This document shows, one piece after another, positions 28,301-38,075 of a stretch of DNA of 64,000 nt. The notes beneath the pieces are model-generated. The model saw nothing but the letters and a program-made list of their open reading frames with translations. It searched no databases and was not told where the DNA came from. The position numbers were made by a program, and so were the translations under genes. Position 1 is the first letter of the stretch, and each line of letters starts with the position of its first letter. The stretch is from a virus. The DNA lies in the IMG/VR virus record IMGVR_UViG_3300022602_000028; one strand, 5' to 3'.

Positions 28301-28976
28301 TACAACAGATCCGTATCTTGGTGTATTTTATCCATGGGGTTACACTACAGACTTGTTAGGCAACAATATTGTTGTTCCACCCAGTCACATGATTTTACGT
28401 ACTATTGCATTAAGCGATAACGTAAGCTATCCTTGGTTTGCTCCAGCAGGAACACGTCGTGGCGGAATTACAAATGCTAGCTCAGTAGGCTATGTTGATT
28501 CAGCAACTGGCGAGTTCGTAGCAACAGCATTAAACACTGGACAACGTGATACACTTGCTAGTATTCATGTAAACCCAATCACATACTTAACAGGTATTGG
28601 ATTAGTAAATTATGGTCAGTACACACGTCAATTGACTGCAAGTAGTTTAGATAGAATTAACGTAGCACGTTTAGTTGTTTATCTACGCCGTCAGTTCTCA
28701 CAATTAGCAAAACCATATATATTTGAACCAAACGACACAATTACACGTAATCAAATTAAACAAGCGGCTGAACAGCTATTGTTAGAATTAGTTGGACAAC
28801 GTGCATTGTACGATTATCTAGTAGTGTGCGATACAAGTAATAACACACCTGCAAGAATCGATAGAAGCGAATTGTATTTAGATGTTGCTATTGAGCCAGT
28901 GAAAGCTGTTGAATTCATCTACATTCCATTACGTTTAAAAAATACCGGTGGCATTAAAGCTACTGGTGGTGTATAA
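25368..28976 (+). CDS. gp18: Tail sheath protein (gp18-like), enlarged to 1202 aa
   Basis: LNSPGVSVTVVDES N-terminus; C-terminal WFAPAGTRRG, LDRINVARL, FEPND, CDTSNNTPARIDRSEL, IEPVKAVEFIYI. Confidence 0.95.
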   Translation: MATLNSPGVSVTVVDESFYTPAAAGTVPLFIVASEQDKQNGAGTGIAPGTQQANAGTVYLLTSQKDLSDTFGIPTFKTDAQNNPIHAGEQNEYGLEAAYSFLGVSNRAYVVRADVDLDSLTGTTTAPYGEPSDGTYWFDTTDTKFGVFQWNAAPATTTGGQTFTEQQSLNNLAVITDTTKVDTAGSLGLAGAPLPSIGQLGDYVIVATTTLNKLWFKKYANSTPGGTWVEVGSPAWAASWPAATGTIATGSITLLTGDALVINGTSITSVTTLTALITAINSNSTLTAAGITASNINGYLNLFTNGTNTNNASYTGAITLSGSTVAKVGLNSTIYLAPQLQLSPHTSVPLFKITDNQSTNNGAPTGSVWIKTTSADYGADWIIKKYSASTNTWSSLTTQLALSGSHAIYAYDPTGGGINLAIGQVYVKYNDDEGVPALGHFKIYIRSATGPNTITSSSISSSTFTAGVNTFSVRESVVGQAALATPYIVTPTAASGTGTVATLTVPTMSTAYLVGQYITVSGMVPAGYNGTYVVTASTTTSVSYANTTTGSLTTIGQINSGVLVSFTATGATTDAALMSAAFNAAMPAGTNLIASVSNSNQLVITHGLGGEIRFNDGANTPIGKIFTPLSNGVGTTNFYANPNANLTTQYVASLWSPVNSAGTAVAPASASAPTTTPVNGTIWYNNYIDDVDVLVNNGSSWVGYLTVAGKAVNQLYGSSTTDPNGPIVSASQPTVQSDGTPLAHGDLWIDTSDLENYPLIYKYNYLTKKWLLISNADHTSENGVIFADARWSTDGGVANGNTPSAIVDLLNSSFVDFDAPDPTLYPKGMLLWNLRRSGFNVLEYVTNYVDVNARNPRQSNSPMTTYYPNRWVTHAANQVNGSGAFGRKAVREVVLAALNATIQGNQQIRDEESRVFNLIACPGYPETISELVGLNADRGYTAFVVGDSPARLTPDATSLSNWGNNVNNAVVDGDQGLITTDPYLGVFYPWGYTTDLLGNNIVVPPSHMILRTIALSDNVSYPWFAPAGTRRGGITNASSVGYVDSATGEFVATALNTGQRDTLASIHVNPITYLTGIGLVNYGQYTRQLTASSLDRINVARLVVYLRRQFSQLAKPYIFEPNDTITRNQIKQAAEQLLLELVGQRALYDYLVVCDTSNNTPARIDRSELYLDVAIEPVKAVEFIYIPLRLKNTGGIKATGGV

Positions 28977-28991
28977 TTAGGAGAACATCAA

Positions 28992-29648
28992 ATGTCAGTC
29001 GCATCATTATCAAGATTTACAGTACCATTAGCTTCGGACCAAAGTTCAGCAACTCAGGGCATGTTAATGCCCAAGTTGAAATATCGTTTTAGAATTAGTT
29101 TTGAAAACTTTGGAACAGACAATGCTACTACAGAATTAACAAAACAAGTAGCAGAAGCCGCTCGTCCACAAGTTTCATTCGAAGACAAAACTATCGAAGT
29201 TTATAATAGTAAAATTCACTATGCTGGTAAACCAACATGGCAGAAGATGACTATCAAACTACGTGACGATGTTACAAATGCGGTTACTAAACTAGTTGGT
29301 CAACAAGTTCAAAAACAGTTTGATTTCTTTGAACAATCTAGCGCAACAAGCGCAGGTGATTACAAGTTCACTATGCGTATCGAAATGTTAGACGGATCAA
29401 ACGGTGCAGACGGAGATCCTACTAAGTCTTTAGAAACTTGGGTTCTATACGGTTGCTATGTTCAAGAAACTAATTTTGAAACATTGGCATATAACAGTTC
29501 AGATCCAATGATGATTACATTGGGCATACAATACGACAATGCACAACAAACTGCTCCAGCAGGATTGGCGTTTGGTGCTCAAGGATTTACACAAGGTCGC
29601 GGTACAGCGGCTACAGGTGGTGGCGCACAAGCTAGTACATCGTTCTAA
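28992..29648 (+). CDS. gp19: Tail tube protein (gp19-like)
   Basis: Follows the sheath; PKLKYRFRI, YAGKPTWQKMTIKLRDD, ETWVLYGC. Confidence 0.85.
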   Translation: MSVASLSRFTVPLASDQSSATQGMLMPKLKYRFRISFENFGTDNATTELTKQVAEAARPQVSFEDKTIEVYNSKIHYAGKPTWQKMTIKLRDDVTNAVTKLVGQQVQKQFDFFEQSSATSAGDYKFTMRIEMLDGSNGADGDPTKSLETWVLYGCYVQETNFETLAYNSSDPMMITLGIQYDNAQQTAPAGLAFGAQGFTQGRGTAATGGGAQASTSF

Positions 29649-29649
29649 T

Positions 29650-29674
29650 AAAAGCCCGCTTAGGCGGGTTTTTT
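29650..29674 (+). terminator. Intrinsic terminator
   Basis: AAAAGCCCGC-TTAG-GCGGGTTTTTT. Confidence 0.85.
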
Positions 29675-29710
29675 ATTGAATAGCCATTAACTACCCATAT
29701 TAAGATCACG

Positions 29711-29718
29711 TATAAATA
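29711..29718 (+). promoter_or_regulatory. Late promoter TATAAATA, 5 nt before ATG 29724
   Basis: TATAAATA-ATAGT-ATG with no SD. Confidence 0.7.
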
Positions 29719-29723
29719 ATAGT

Positions 29724-30710
29724 ATGGCATTTACACCCTCAAATCAATTAGTTGCAGATTCGTTCGTTAATCTACGAGACTGGGAACACGCGGCTCGACT
29801 ATTCGTAGATGATCAGTTTAGACTGGCACCTAAATGGAATTTTGGATTTCATGTAGCTTTTAATATTAACCCTGCATGTTGTAAAAATACTTCATTATTA
29901 CAAGCATTTGGTCAAGAAGTAAACATGCTAGTTAAAAGTATAGATTTACCTAAGTTTACGGTAACTGTTGACCAAGTTAATCAATACAACAGAAAAAAAC
30001 AAATACAAACACATCATAAATTTAATGATGTTGTGGTTAAATTCCATGATGATAATATGAGTTTAATCAATCAAATATGGCAAAATTATTATAGTTACTA
30101 TTATGCAGATAGTACCAGTGCTCAACAAACCGGAGCCTACAATAGAAACGCAACTAGAAGTAGTGATTTTATTACTACTCCTTACGGGTTTGATAATGGC
30201 TCTACTGTACCATTCTTTAACTATATAAAGATTTATCAGATGGCTCGTCACGAGTGGATTAGCTATACTTTAGTAAACCCTATAATTAAATCTTGGGATC
30301 ATCAAAATCTTGCTTATGCTGGTAATACTCCTCATGATTTTGCAATGACATTATCATTTGAAGCAGTAACTTATGACATGGGGTTAGTTACCGATGGAAC
30401 TGTTGAAGGATTTGCGCAAACACATTACGATCTTACTCCGGGCCCGTTACAAGGCCAATCTACAGGAACTAGTGTAAGCCCGTCCTTTGTTCAAACAACT
30501 ACACCATTAGATCCAACATCGGTATTAGCTAATAATGCCAACACTGTAAATAACTATCAAAATCCATTAATGCCGGCTTTGCCAACAGTAAATGCAACAA
30601 TTCCTTTTGCCGGTAGTCCTTCAAACCCAAGCGGATTACAAGGCGTAGCATTTCCGACTAGTAACACAGCAACTAATACAACTGTAGCAACTCCAGTTAA
30701 TTTAGTCTAA
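29724..30710 (+). CDS. Tail-tube-like baseplate/tube initiator protein
   Basis: VKSIDLPKFTV...NQYNRK...VVVKFHDDN pattern of the gp19/gp54-like superfamily. Confidence 0.6.
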   Translation: MAFTPSNQLVADSFVNLRDWEHAARLFVDDQFRLAPKWNFGFHVAFNINPACCKNTSLLQAFGQEVNMLVKSIDLPKFTVTVDQVNQYNRKKQIQTHHKFNDVVVKFHDDNMSLINQIWQNYYSYYYADSTSAQQTGAYNRNATRSSDFITTPYGFDNGSTVPFFNYIKIYQMARHEWISYTLVNPIIKSWDHQNLAYAGNTPHDFAMTLSFEAVTYDMGLVTDGTVEGFAQTHYDLTPGPLQGQSTGTSVSPSFVQTTTPLDPTSVLANNANTVNNYQNPLMPALPTVNATIPFAGSPSNPSGLQGVAFPTSNTATNTTVATPVNLV

Positions 30711-30726
30711 CTAATAGAGAAACAAG

Positions 30727-31086
30727 ATGCCAGGAAATTTACCTACTATAATAGATAACACTGATACTAAATCTTTTTTTGATAAATTTTTTGTTAATCA
30801 AATAAGTTTTCCAGCCAACGAAATTGATATTACAGTGGCATTTTTTACCAAACGAGGATTTGATATAGAAAGCGCACGTAGTACAGCTATAGTGGTGTTA
30901 AATCAAGCAAAAGCAGATAATGTAAATGTCTTTGATTTGTTAAACAGTTTAAAATCATTAACAGATGTGCAGTTAAGTCAAATAGTTGCACAAATTCTAA
31001 ATACGTATAGAGAAAAAGTAAGTTTACTAGGTTATAGAGTAGCCCCAATTGTAAACACTTACGAAAGTAGAAATATTTTAATCTAA
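30727..31086 (+). CDS. Hypothetical protein in the tail/head module
   Basis: 119-aa ORF packed within the operon. Confidence 0.6.
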   Translation: MPGNLPTIIDNTDTKSFFDKFFVNQISFPANEIDITVAFFTKRGFDIESARSTAIVVLNQAKADNVNVFDLLNSLKSLTDVQLSQIVAQILNTYREKVSLLGYRVAPIVNTYESRNILI

Positions 31087-31087
31087 A

Positions 31088-31516
31088 ATGGCTAACAAGT
31101 TTGCAAAGGGCAAATTTGTAATGGCCCATCCAGAAAAATATGTAGGAACAAAGATTCCGTTTTATCGTAGTAGTTGGGAATGGACATTTATGCGATTCTG
31201 CGACAACAATGATAATGTACACAAGTGGGCTAGCGAAGCTGTACAAATTCCCTACAGAGATCCATTAACTGGCAAACAAACTGTTTATGTTCCTGATTTT
31301 TTTATACAGTATGTAGATGCTAAAAATCGAATATTGGTAGAATTAATAGAAATTAAACCTGCTAGTCAGACTATATTAGAACGTGTAGGAAAAAACAAAT
31401 ATAATCAAGCACAGTATGTAAAAAATCAAGCCAAATGGGCTGCCGCTAATTTATGGTGCAAACAGCAAGGAATCAGGTTTAGAATTCTAAATGAAAATGA
31501 TTTGTTCCAAATGTAA
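31088..31516 (+). CDS. gp4: Head completion nuclease (T4 gp4 / TnsA-like PD-(D/E)xK)
   Basis: YRSSWE, WASE, IPY, YVPDF, IEIKP, KWAAA. Confidence 0.85.
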   Translation: MANKFAKGKFVMAHPEKYVGTKIPFYRSSWEWTFMRFCDNNDNVHKWASEAVQIPYRDPLTGKQTVYVPDFFIQYVDAKNRILVELIEIKPASQTILERVGKNKYNQAQYVKNQAKWAAANLWCKQQGIRFRILNENDLFQM

Positions 31517-31532
31517 AGCTGATAAGTAATGT

Positions 31533-32015
31533 ATGACTAAAAAATTAGAAGAAATTTTAAATTTACCTACAAGCAAAAAAATTGTTAAGCAGGAAGAAAA
31601 AGAAGCTAAGAAAGCTGAAATCGCTCAGCCATTTATTCGCGACATGAGTGAATTTGATAAAATATCAGCCGCACTACCCCAAGTTAAAGGCTTGGGTGAT
31701 ATTGCCGACGGTGAGCTAGATGATTTAGCTTTGAAAGCTACAAATGCCTACGAAGACATTATGGATTTAGGCATGAACGTTGAAGCCAGATATAGTGCTA
31801 GATTGTTTGAAGTAGCCGCCGGTATGCTAGGGCATGCAATATCCGCTAAAAGTGCTAAACTAGATAAAAAACTTAAAATGATAGATCTTCAGTTGAAAAA
31901 GCAAAAATTAGACAATGACGCCAACGGAGTCGACGATAGTGTTACTATTCAAGGCGATGGCGTTATTATTTCAGATCGCAATAGTTTGTTAGAAAAACTA
32001 AAGCAAATGAAATAA
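31533..32015 (+). CDS. Helical protein, candidate small terminase subunit
   Basis: 160 aa, coiled-coil character, upstream of the large terminase; TAAGTA 4 nt before ATG. Confidence 0.4.
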   Translation: MTKKLEEILNLPTSKKIVKQEEKEAKKAEIAQPFIRDMSEFDKISAALPQVKGLGDIADGELDDLALKATNAYEDIMDLGMNVEARYSARLFEVAAGMLGHAISAKSAKLDKKLKMIDLQLKKQKLDNDANGVDDSVTIQGDGVIISDRNSLLEKLKQMK

Positions 32016-32035
32016 ATACAGTACTGGGACCTAAT

Positions 32036-32692
32036 ATGAAATCATTTAAAGAATACTTAACAGAAAGCAAAAAAGTTTACGAATTTAAGATCAAAATTGC
32101 GGGCGATTGCCCTAAGGATTCTGTTGCTAAAATTAAAGAAGCATTAGCTTGCTATAAAGTTGAATCTTGTTCGGCTGGAAAAAGTACTCCTATTACAGAA
32201 AAACAAGTTGATTTTCCAAAATTAGAAAATGTTGGAGCGACAGTTTTTGACATAGTTGTCGGTTATCCAACAACTAACGCACAGATCCGTGAAGCAGTTG
32301 CTAAAAAATTAAAAATTGCAATGGCAGAAATTCGTGTACGTAGTAGCTATGAAGAGGAAGAACTTGCACTTAATCATCAATATGATGAAAAATCAGGTAA
32401 AGCATATTTAGGCACAGATTATGAAGCAAGCGACCATCAAGATTTAGTAGGCGAGCAACATAAGTTAAGTTTCCTAAAAGATATTCATTCAATGAGTCGA
32501 GAATTAGAAGAAGTAACTGGCACTAATGATCAATTATTTCCTAAGCCTGCAAAAGGAAAAACACAAGATATGCAATCTGTTGTAACTGAGAAATCAGGAA
32601 TGACTAGCATAATTGGAACCAAACAAAATAAATTAACACCTTATGCCAATAGTGTTAAAAACAGCCTAAACGTAGCGGCTAAAGGAAAATAA
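32036..32692 (+). CDS. Hypothetical late protein, probable internal head protein
   Basis: MKSFKEYLTES N-terminus (LxE site); TAAATA upstream. Confidence 0.45.
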   Translation: MKSFKEYLTESKKVYEFKIKIAGDCPKDSVAKIKEALACYKVESCSAGKSTPITEKQVDFPKLENVGATVFDIVVGYPTTNAQIREAVAKKLKIAMAEIRVRSSYEEEELALNHQYDEKSGKAYLGTDYEASDHQDLVGEQHKLSFLKDIHSMSRELEEVTGTNDQLFPKPAKGKTQDMQSVVTEKSGMTSIIGTKQNKLTPYANSVKNSLNVAAKGK

Positions 32693-32693
32693 A

Positions 32694-33524
32694 ATGGATA
32701 TCAAAGATATTTACAAACGTGTCAGAGCAATCGACGAAAATCAATCAGTAGAAGAGTGCGGCGACATGATGCCTCTTCCAGCAATAGCTCATGCTCCTAG
32801 CCAATCAGATTCAGTCACTATGAATGTTAGTATGAACGGCAGTGGCCCTGGCGGCATCCGTGATTTAATGGGTATCTTACGTAATATCGAGCACGGCGAA
32901 AATCCAGCAAATGATGCCGGCGGACACGATGAATTAGATGCATTATTTGGTGAACCAGAAACTCATGGAGCAGACGAATTGTTAGGTGCTAGTTCTGCAA
33001 TGGGAGAAGAATACGGAAACAGTATGCAAGGCGCTAGTGGGGAAATTAAATACAATGCGTCTACAGTTACTAATTTAGGTTCAAATGACGGTCGTGCTGG
33101 AACTAAAGCACGTAAAGTCAACGGCGGTGAAAATCCAATGCACGAATCATTAGTTAATCGTCTAGATGAATTATATCAAGAAGTTAAAAGTAGAGAAGTA
33201 GACGAGTCCGCAAAATGGCGTGATCCTAAGCATAAAGATAAGTTATATACACAGGAACCTCGAGATCCTGATGATTATTATCAAAGCGATGACGATTATT
33301 ACAATCCAAAACCAGATGACTATCCTGGCGCTAAAAATCTCAAAGGCGGCGGCGAGTATGACCATAACGATCCGTTGAGACAAGGATATGGACGCTATGG
33401 TGTAGGTTCTTTGAATACACACGGCAAGCGTAAAGGCATGCCCAGCAGAGATCATATCCGTAGCTTAAAAGGTAGTATCAAAGACGCTCACGGAACTCAT
33501 CCTACTCCAAAACTTCCAAAGTAA
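32694..33524 (+). CDS. Acidic low-complexity protein, probable internal head protein
   Basis: Multiple IDE/VEE/VDE sites; Asp/Gly-rich. Confidence 0.45.
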   Translation: MDIKDIYKRVRAIDENQSVEECGDMMPLPAIAHAPSQSDSVTMNVSMNGSGPGGIRDLMGILRNIEHGENPANDAGGHDELDALFGEPETHGADELLGASSAMGEEYGNSMQGASGEIKYNASTVTNLGSNDGRAGTKARKVNGGENPMHESLVNRLDELYQEVKSREVDESAKWRDPKHKDKLYTQEPRDPDDYYQSDDDYYNPKPDDYPGAKNLKGGGEYDHNDPLRQGYGRYGVGSLNTHGKRKGMPSRDHIRSLKGSIKDAHGTHPTPKLPK

Positions 33525-33538
33525 ATCTTTACTTTGCC

Positions 33539-33566
33539 AAATAGGCTCTTCGGAGCCTATTTTTTT
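33539..33566 (+). terminator. Intrinsic terminator with UUCG loop
   Basis: AAATAGGCTC-TTCG-GAGCCTATTTTTTT. Confidence 0.9.
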
Positions 33567-33580
33567 CAGTAAATAACAAT

Positions 33581-35176
33581 ATGGCAAAATCATTAGACGG
33601 CGTCTTAACAAAGAAAGCCCATACCAAGGAAACGTTTACAGAAGAACAAGTTCAACACTTGTTAAAGTGTGCCGATCCGGTAGAGGGTTATATGCACTTT
33701 GTCAAAAACTTCTTTCACATACAACATCCTGTCAAAGGTAAGATGAAGTTTGAACCATACGATTATCAAATAAGGTTGCTACATAGTTATCATGATTATC
33801 GTTTCAATATTAACATGATGCCGCGGCAAAGTGGTAAAACAACATGTGCCGCTGGATATCTATTATGGTACGCAATGTTCCATCCTGATCAAACAGTTCT
33901 AGTTGCCGCACACAAATACACAGGCTCACAGGAAATTATGCAACGTATTCGTTATGGATACGAATTGTGCCCCGACTTTATTCGTGCGGGTGTTGTAAAC
34001 TACAACAAAGGTTCAATGGAGTTTGAAAATGGTTCAAGAATTGTATCAGCTACTACTACCGGCAATACTGGTCGTGGTATGTCAATATCCTTATTATACT
34101 GTGACGAGTTTGCGTTCGTTCAGCCTAATATCGCAGAAGAGTTTTGGACTTCAATCAGTCCGACACTAGCAACTGGTGGTAAAGCAATTATCACATCAAC
34201 GCCTAATAGTGATGAAGATACTTTTGCTACTATCTGGAAAGAGTCACAAGATTTATTTGACGAGTTTGGAAATGAAAGATTGGATCACATGGGTCGAAAT
34301 GGGTTCCATGGATTCCGTGCCGAGTGGCATGAACATCCAGACCGTGACGATGAATGGAAACGTGTTGAATTAGGACGCATCGGTGAAGAACGTTTCCGCC
34401 GAGAATACGGATGCGAATTCTTGATTTATGATGAAACTTTAGTTAGCAGTCTTAAGTTAACTGATATGCTAGGTCGTGATCCATTGTTTAGAATGGGGCA
34501 AGTCCGATGGTACAAAAAACCGACTCCAGGAAATACATATCTAGTAGGTTTAGATCCTAGTTTAGGTACAGGCGGCGACTACGCAGGTATACAAGTTTTT
34601 GAATTGCCCAGCATGACCCAATGTGCAGAATGGCAACATAATTTAACGATTGTACAAGACCAGGTTAAAATATTTAGGGATGTTATACGATACATACAAA
34701 CAGAAATTGGCGAAGATTTCCGTAATAGCATCTACTGGAGTGTGGAGAATAACACGTTAGGAGAAGCGGCTTTAATTGTTATTTCTAACTTAGGAGAAGA
34801 TACATTTCCAGGATTATTCCTAAGTGAACCAGTACGTAAAGGACATATTCGCAAATTCCGTAAAGGATTTAATACTACACACGGTAGCAAAATATCTGCT
34901 TGTAGTAGATTAAAGTATTTTGTAGAAGAAGATGTAATGACAATTTACAGTAAAACTCTTATAAGTGAACTTAAAACATTTATTGCCGCTGGAGTTACTT
35001 TTAAAGCTAAAGAGGGTCAGCATGATGACTTAGTAGCGGCTTTGCTGTTAATTGTACGTATGATTGCTGTACTAGCGGAATGGGATCCAGCAGTATTTGA
35101 ACGATTAAGTTTAGAAGCTGGACTAGAAGACGACTGGGTAGAACCATTGCCCATATACATATCCTCAAACATCTGA
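33581..35176 (+). CDS. gp17: Terminase large subunit (gp17-like)
   Basis: Walker A PRQSGKT, Walker B LYCDEF, STPN, nuclease GLDPS and HDDLV. Confidence 0.95.
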   Translation: MAKSLDGVLTKKAHTKETFTEEQVQHLLKCADPVEGYMHFVKNFFHIQHPVKGKMKFEPYDYQIRLLHSYHDYRFNINMMPRQSGKTTCAAGYLLWYAMFHPDQTVLVAAHKYTGSQEIMQRIRYGYELCPDFIRAGVVNYNKGSMEFENGSRIVSATTTGNTGRGMSISLLYCDEFAFVQPNIAEEFWTSISPTLATGGKAIITSTPNSDEDTFATIWKESQDLFDEFGNERLDHMGRNGFHGFRAEWHEHPDRDDEWKRVELGRIGEERFRREYGCEFLIYDETLVSSLKLTDMLGRDPLFRMGQVRWYKKPTPGNTYLVGLDPSLGTGGDYAGIQVFELPSMTQCAEWQHNLTIVQDQVKIFRDVIRYIQTEIGEDFRNSIYWSVENNTLGEAALIVISNLGEDTFPGLFLSEPVRKGHIRKFRKGFNTTHGSKISACSRLKYFVEEDVMTIYSKTLISELKTFIAAGVTFKAKEGQHDDLVAALLLIVRMIAVLAEWDPAVFERLSLEAGLEDDWVEPLPIYISSNI

Positions 35177-35186
35177 TAAATATAAC

Positions 35187-38066
35187 ATGGAATCAAATTT
35201 AGATAAAATCGCATTAGATTTGTATGATAAAATACAAACAAAGTTTCCCGATGTAGAAATTGGGGACGAGCAAGCCAATGTTTTAAGCAAAAAAGAAGAC
35301 ATTCCTAAGGCTAGATTTTTTGAGTTTGAATACAAAGAAAACGATAAAGTACTAGGTACTATTGCAATTACATTAGATGCAGAAGATGGTGTAATTGTAC
35401 AAATCAGTAGAGAAATTGTCGATAGTAAACATCACGGGGCATACAAATTTATACGTGGCTTCAGGCGTTTTGCTAAAGATAGATTATTAAATTTTGACAT
35501 AAAAAATATTGGAAAAAGCAATCTAGACAAAAGAGATTATGCTTTCCAATCCAAAGCTAAGGAAGAACCGATGAACCCTATTATGGAAAACAAAATGTTT
35601 GGTACCTCTCGTATGAGTTATCAAGATTTAGGAGAAGCAAGACTAGTTGTAAAACATAGTCAAGCAATTAATCCAGATCTTCCAGCAGGTCGTACAATGC
35701 ATATTGAAAATATTTACATTGAAAATGCAAGTGGGGAACGTTTCCGTTATCCGCACAAACATTTAAATGGTGCTCGTGCATTAGCAGAACATATCAAAGC
35801 CGGCGGAAATCCATATGACGGTATTGGCAAACACATTACTGGTCTAAGTGAAGAACTAGCACAGTTGCGTAAGTTCAAAGGTTATGTTGGTCGTAACGCA
35901 AATTTAGCAGAAGCAATGGGCGGCATTACTGACATTGTATTTGAACGTATTGAAACTATTAAAAAAGAAGTTGCCATGTTGCAACGCCCTGCATATTATT
36001 CACAATTTGCAGAATCATTTGAAGCATATGAAGAAGAAATGATTCCTGAAGAAATTGTTAGCGACCTAGTTGATCGTTTGACAATTCGTACATTTAATGA
36101 AGATCTTAAATCGGCTTTTCCTTATATTTTCCGTTTGGTAGATGAAAGCAGTATTCCAGTTAAAGAACTTGAACCAGAAGATTTATTAACCGACGCTTAT
36201 AATCCAAATTCAGTGGCCGCACAACACGCACGTGATTTAAAAGCACATCACAGAGCAGAACTTAAAAAGAAAGCAGATGCAGGTGACGAACGTGCAAAGG
36301 CAATGTTGAAACATGCCGAAGAACGAGACGAAGCTCAGCGTCGAGAGTTTGACGCTCGTATGGAACGTGAAAGTTATACTCCAGAAGATCAGTTTGAAAG
36401 TTTCATGAATAACATTTATAATGAAAACATGAACGCAGACGATCACGTTGGAATTTTTAGTAGCGACAGTGATATTAGAGATCAAGCAATAAAAGATTTA
36501 AATGAGTTGTTATCAAGTGATAAATTTAAAGGTGGTGCGGCTGGAAATGCTAACGTTGCAATGGATCTAAAAGATTTAGTGCCAAATGCAATTATAGGTA
36601 AATTGGCCACCTTAGATCCAACTTTAGATGTTCATAGCGCATTACAAATGGCATTACAAGACGAAGCCGAACACAATATTGATTTGCAAGATACCTTAGA
36701 TCAAATTGATTTTACTACCGGTGGAGATCAAACAGATGGTCAAGATGTTTCGGCGGCCGGGCCTGCTCCTGATGCAAGTGCTCCTCTAGCACCCGCTCCT
36801 GATGCAAGTGCTCCTCCAGCACCCGCTCCTGATGCAAGTGCTCCTCCAGCACCAGAAGAAGCACCTCCAGCACCTGCTCCTATAGCAGAAGATGAAGAGC
36901 CACCGTTTGACGGCCCGTACACAAAAGCTCGTGGCGATATTACAGACAAGAGTGGTGCAACACATACTGGACACAGTCATGCTAAACATTTGGCCAAGCA
37001 AGGACTGATCAAAGCAATACATGCGGCAAAGAAAGCTGGTGCTGATCTAGATACTGAACTGGATTTTGGTCACAGCAAAAAAACCTTGCATGACACTATA
37101 AAAGAATGTGGTATGAAACCTCAGGATTTTGGATTTGAACCCCAACAGCATGGTATCGAAGAAATTATGCAAAGCATCAGTGGTTTTTGGAATCGTGATG
37201 CAGAAAGCCAAGGACTGCACGAAGGTAATTTTACCAAAGGCGGTACATGGGTTAAGAGTCATGTTATCAGCAATTTTAAAAATGGCGCATACGAACATGC
37301 CTCTCCTGATGATGTACGACACGTGTGTAAATTGATTGATCAAATAGATCCTCCTAGCAGTACCAATCATGAGCAAGCGCACATTTTGAAATTGGCAGGT
37401 GTACCGCACACAGCACATGAAGTAGATGAAGATAATCCAGGCATGGGAGATTATGGCGATTCATGGAGTTCCGATGACGATAGTAGTTCTGATTCGGATA
37501 ATCCCGATTCTGCCGCAGACTATCGAAACGGCATGGATATAGCTAGCGATCAATTTCCTAAAGATAATAGTGAATTAGATCATCACGAAAAACAACAAGT
37601 ACAACAAGCGATACAACAAAATGCTCCAATGTCAAATATTGCAAAAATGATGCAAGACTTTGGAATTCAAATGCCCCACTTACCAGGTTTGAACGGCGAG
37701 GAAGGCGAAGAACTAAGATTCGATGATATGGGCCCGCAGATACAAAAATGGGTTCAAAACATGACCAAAAGTATGCCTAATGCAACTAGCACCGACACAT
37801 CTTCTGGAATGGTCAATGGACAACCTGCAAGTTTCAACGATGCCAGGTCACAGTTTGATAGAATGATGGGAGCAATGGGCGGCCAGGGCACACAAGGTAT
37901 GGATTTTAAACCAGCTGATCAAGCTAATCTATTACAAGTAGATAATCCAGAATATGTTGCACGTCGTGCGGCAGCCTTACAAAAACCAGGTGCAGTAGTT
38001 GGACACACTACTGTAAGCGAAAACTCAGAATTGACAGCAATGTTGAAGATTGCTGGACTAAGATAA
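35187..38066 (+). CDS. 959-aa protein: globular N-terminus with acidic, low-complexity C-terminal modules; probable internal virion protein
   Basis: TAAATA 4 nt before ATG; many xxE sites; Pro/Ala repeat; ends ELTAMLKIAGLR. Confidence 0.55.
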   Translation: MESNLDKIALDLYDKIQTKFPDVEIGDEQANVLSKKEDIPKARFFEFEYKENDKVLGTIAITLDAEDGVIVQISREIVDSKHHGAYKFIRGFRRFAKDRLLNFDIKNIGKSNLDKRDYAFQSKAKEEPMNPIMENKMFGTSRMSYQDLGEARLVVKHSQAINPDLPAGRTMHIENIYIENASGERFRYPHKHLNGARALAEHIKAGGNPYDGIGKHITGLSEELAQLRKFKGYVGRNANLAEAMGGITDIVFERIETIKKEVAMLQRPAYYSQFAESFEAYEEEMIPEEIVSDLVDRLTIRTFNEDLKSAFPYIFRLVDESSIPVKELEPEDLLTDAYNPNSVAAQHARDLKAHHRAELKKKADAGDERAKAMLKHAEERDEAQRREFDARMERESYTPEDQFESFMNNIYNENMNADDHVGIFSSDSDIRDQAIKDLNELLSSDKFKGGAAGNANVAMDLKDLVPNAIIGKLATLDPTLDVHSALQMALQDEAEHNIDLQDTLDQIDFTTGGDQTDGQDVSAAGPAPDASAPLAPAPDASAPPAPAPDASAPPAPEEAPPAPAPIAEDEEPPFDGPYTKARGDITDKSGATHTGHSHAKHLAKQGLIKAIHAAKKAGADLDTELDFGHSKKTLHDTIKECGMKPQDFGFEPQQHGIEEIMQSISGFWNRDAESQGLHEGNFTKGGTWVKSHVISNFKNGAYEHASPDDVRHVCKLIDQIDPPSSTNHEQAHILKLAGVPHTAHEVDEDNPGMGDYGDSWSSDDDSSSDSDNPDSAADYRNGMDIASDQFPKDNSELDHHEKQQVQQAIQQNAPMSNIAKMMQDFGIQMPHLPGLNGEEGEELRFDDMGPQIQKWVQNMTKSMPNATSTDTSSGMVNGQPASFNDARSQFDRMMGAMGGQGTQGMDFKPADQANLLQVDNPEYVARRAAALQKPGAVVGHTTVSENSELTAMLKIAGLR
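36765..36854 (+). repeat. 3 x 30-nt in-frame tandem repeat encoding APDASAP(L/P)AP
   Basis: GCTCCTGATGCAAGTGCTCCTC(T/C)AGCACC(C/A) three times. Confidence 0.95.
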
Positions 38067-38075
38067 GGAATTGAT

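Noticed and set aside
36765-36854. 30-nt tandem repeat as CRISPR, DGR template or contingency locus
   Set aside because: In-frame, without spacers, encoding a Pro/Ala linker; no reverse transcriptase is present. A 2 x 21-nt repeat at 38442-38483 is the same kind of linker.
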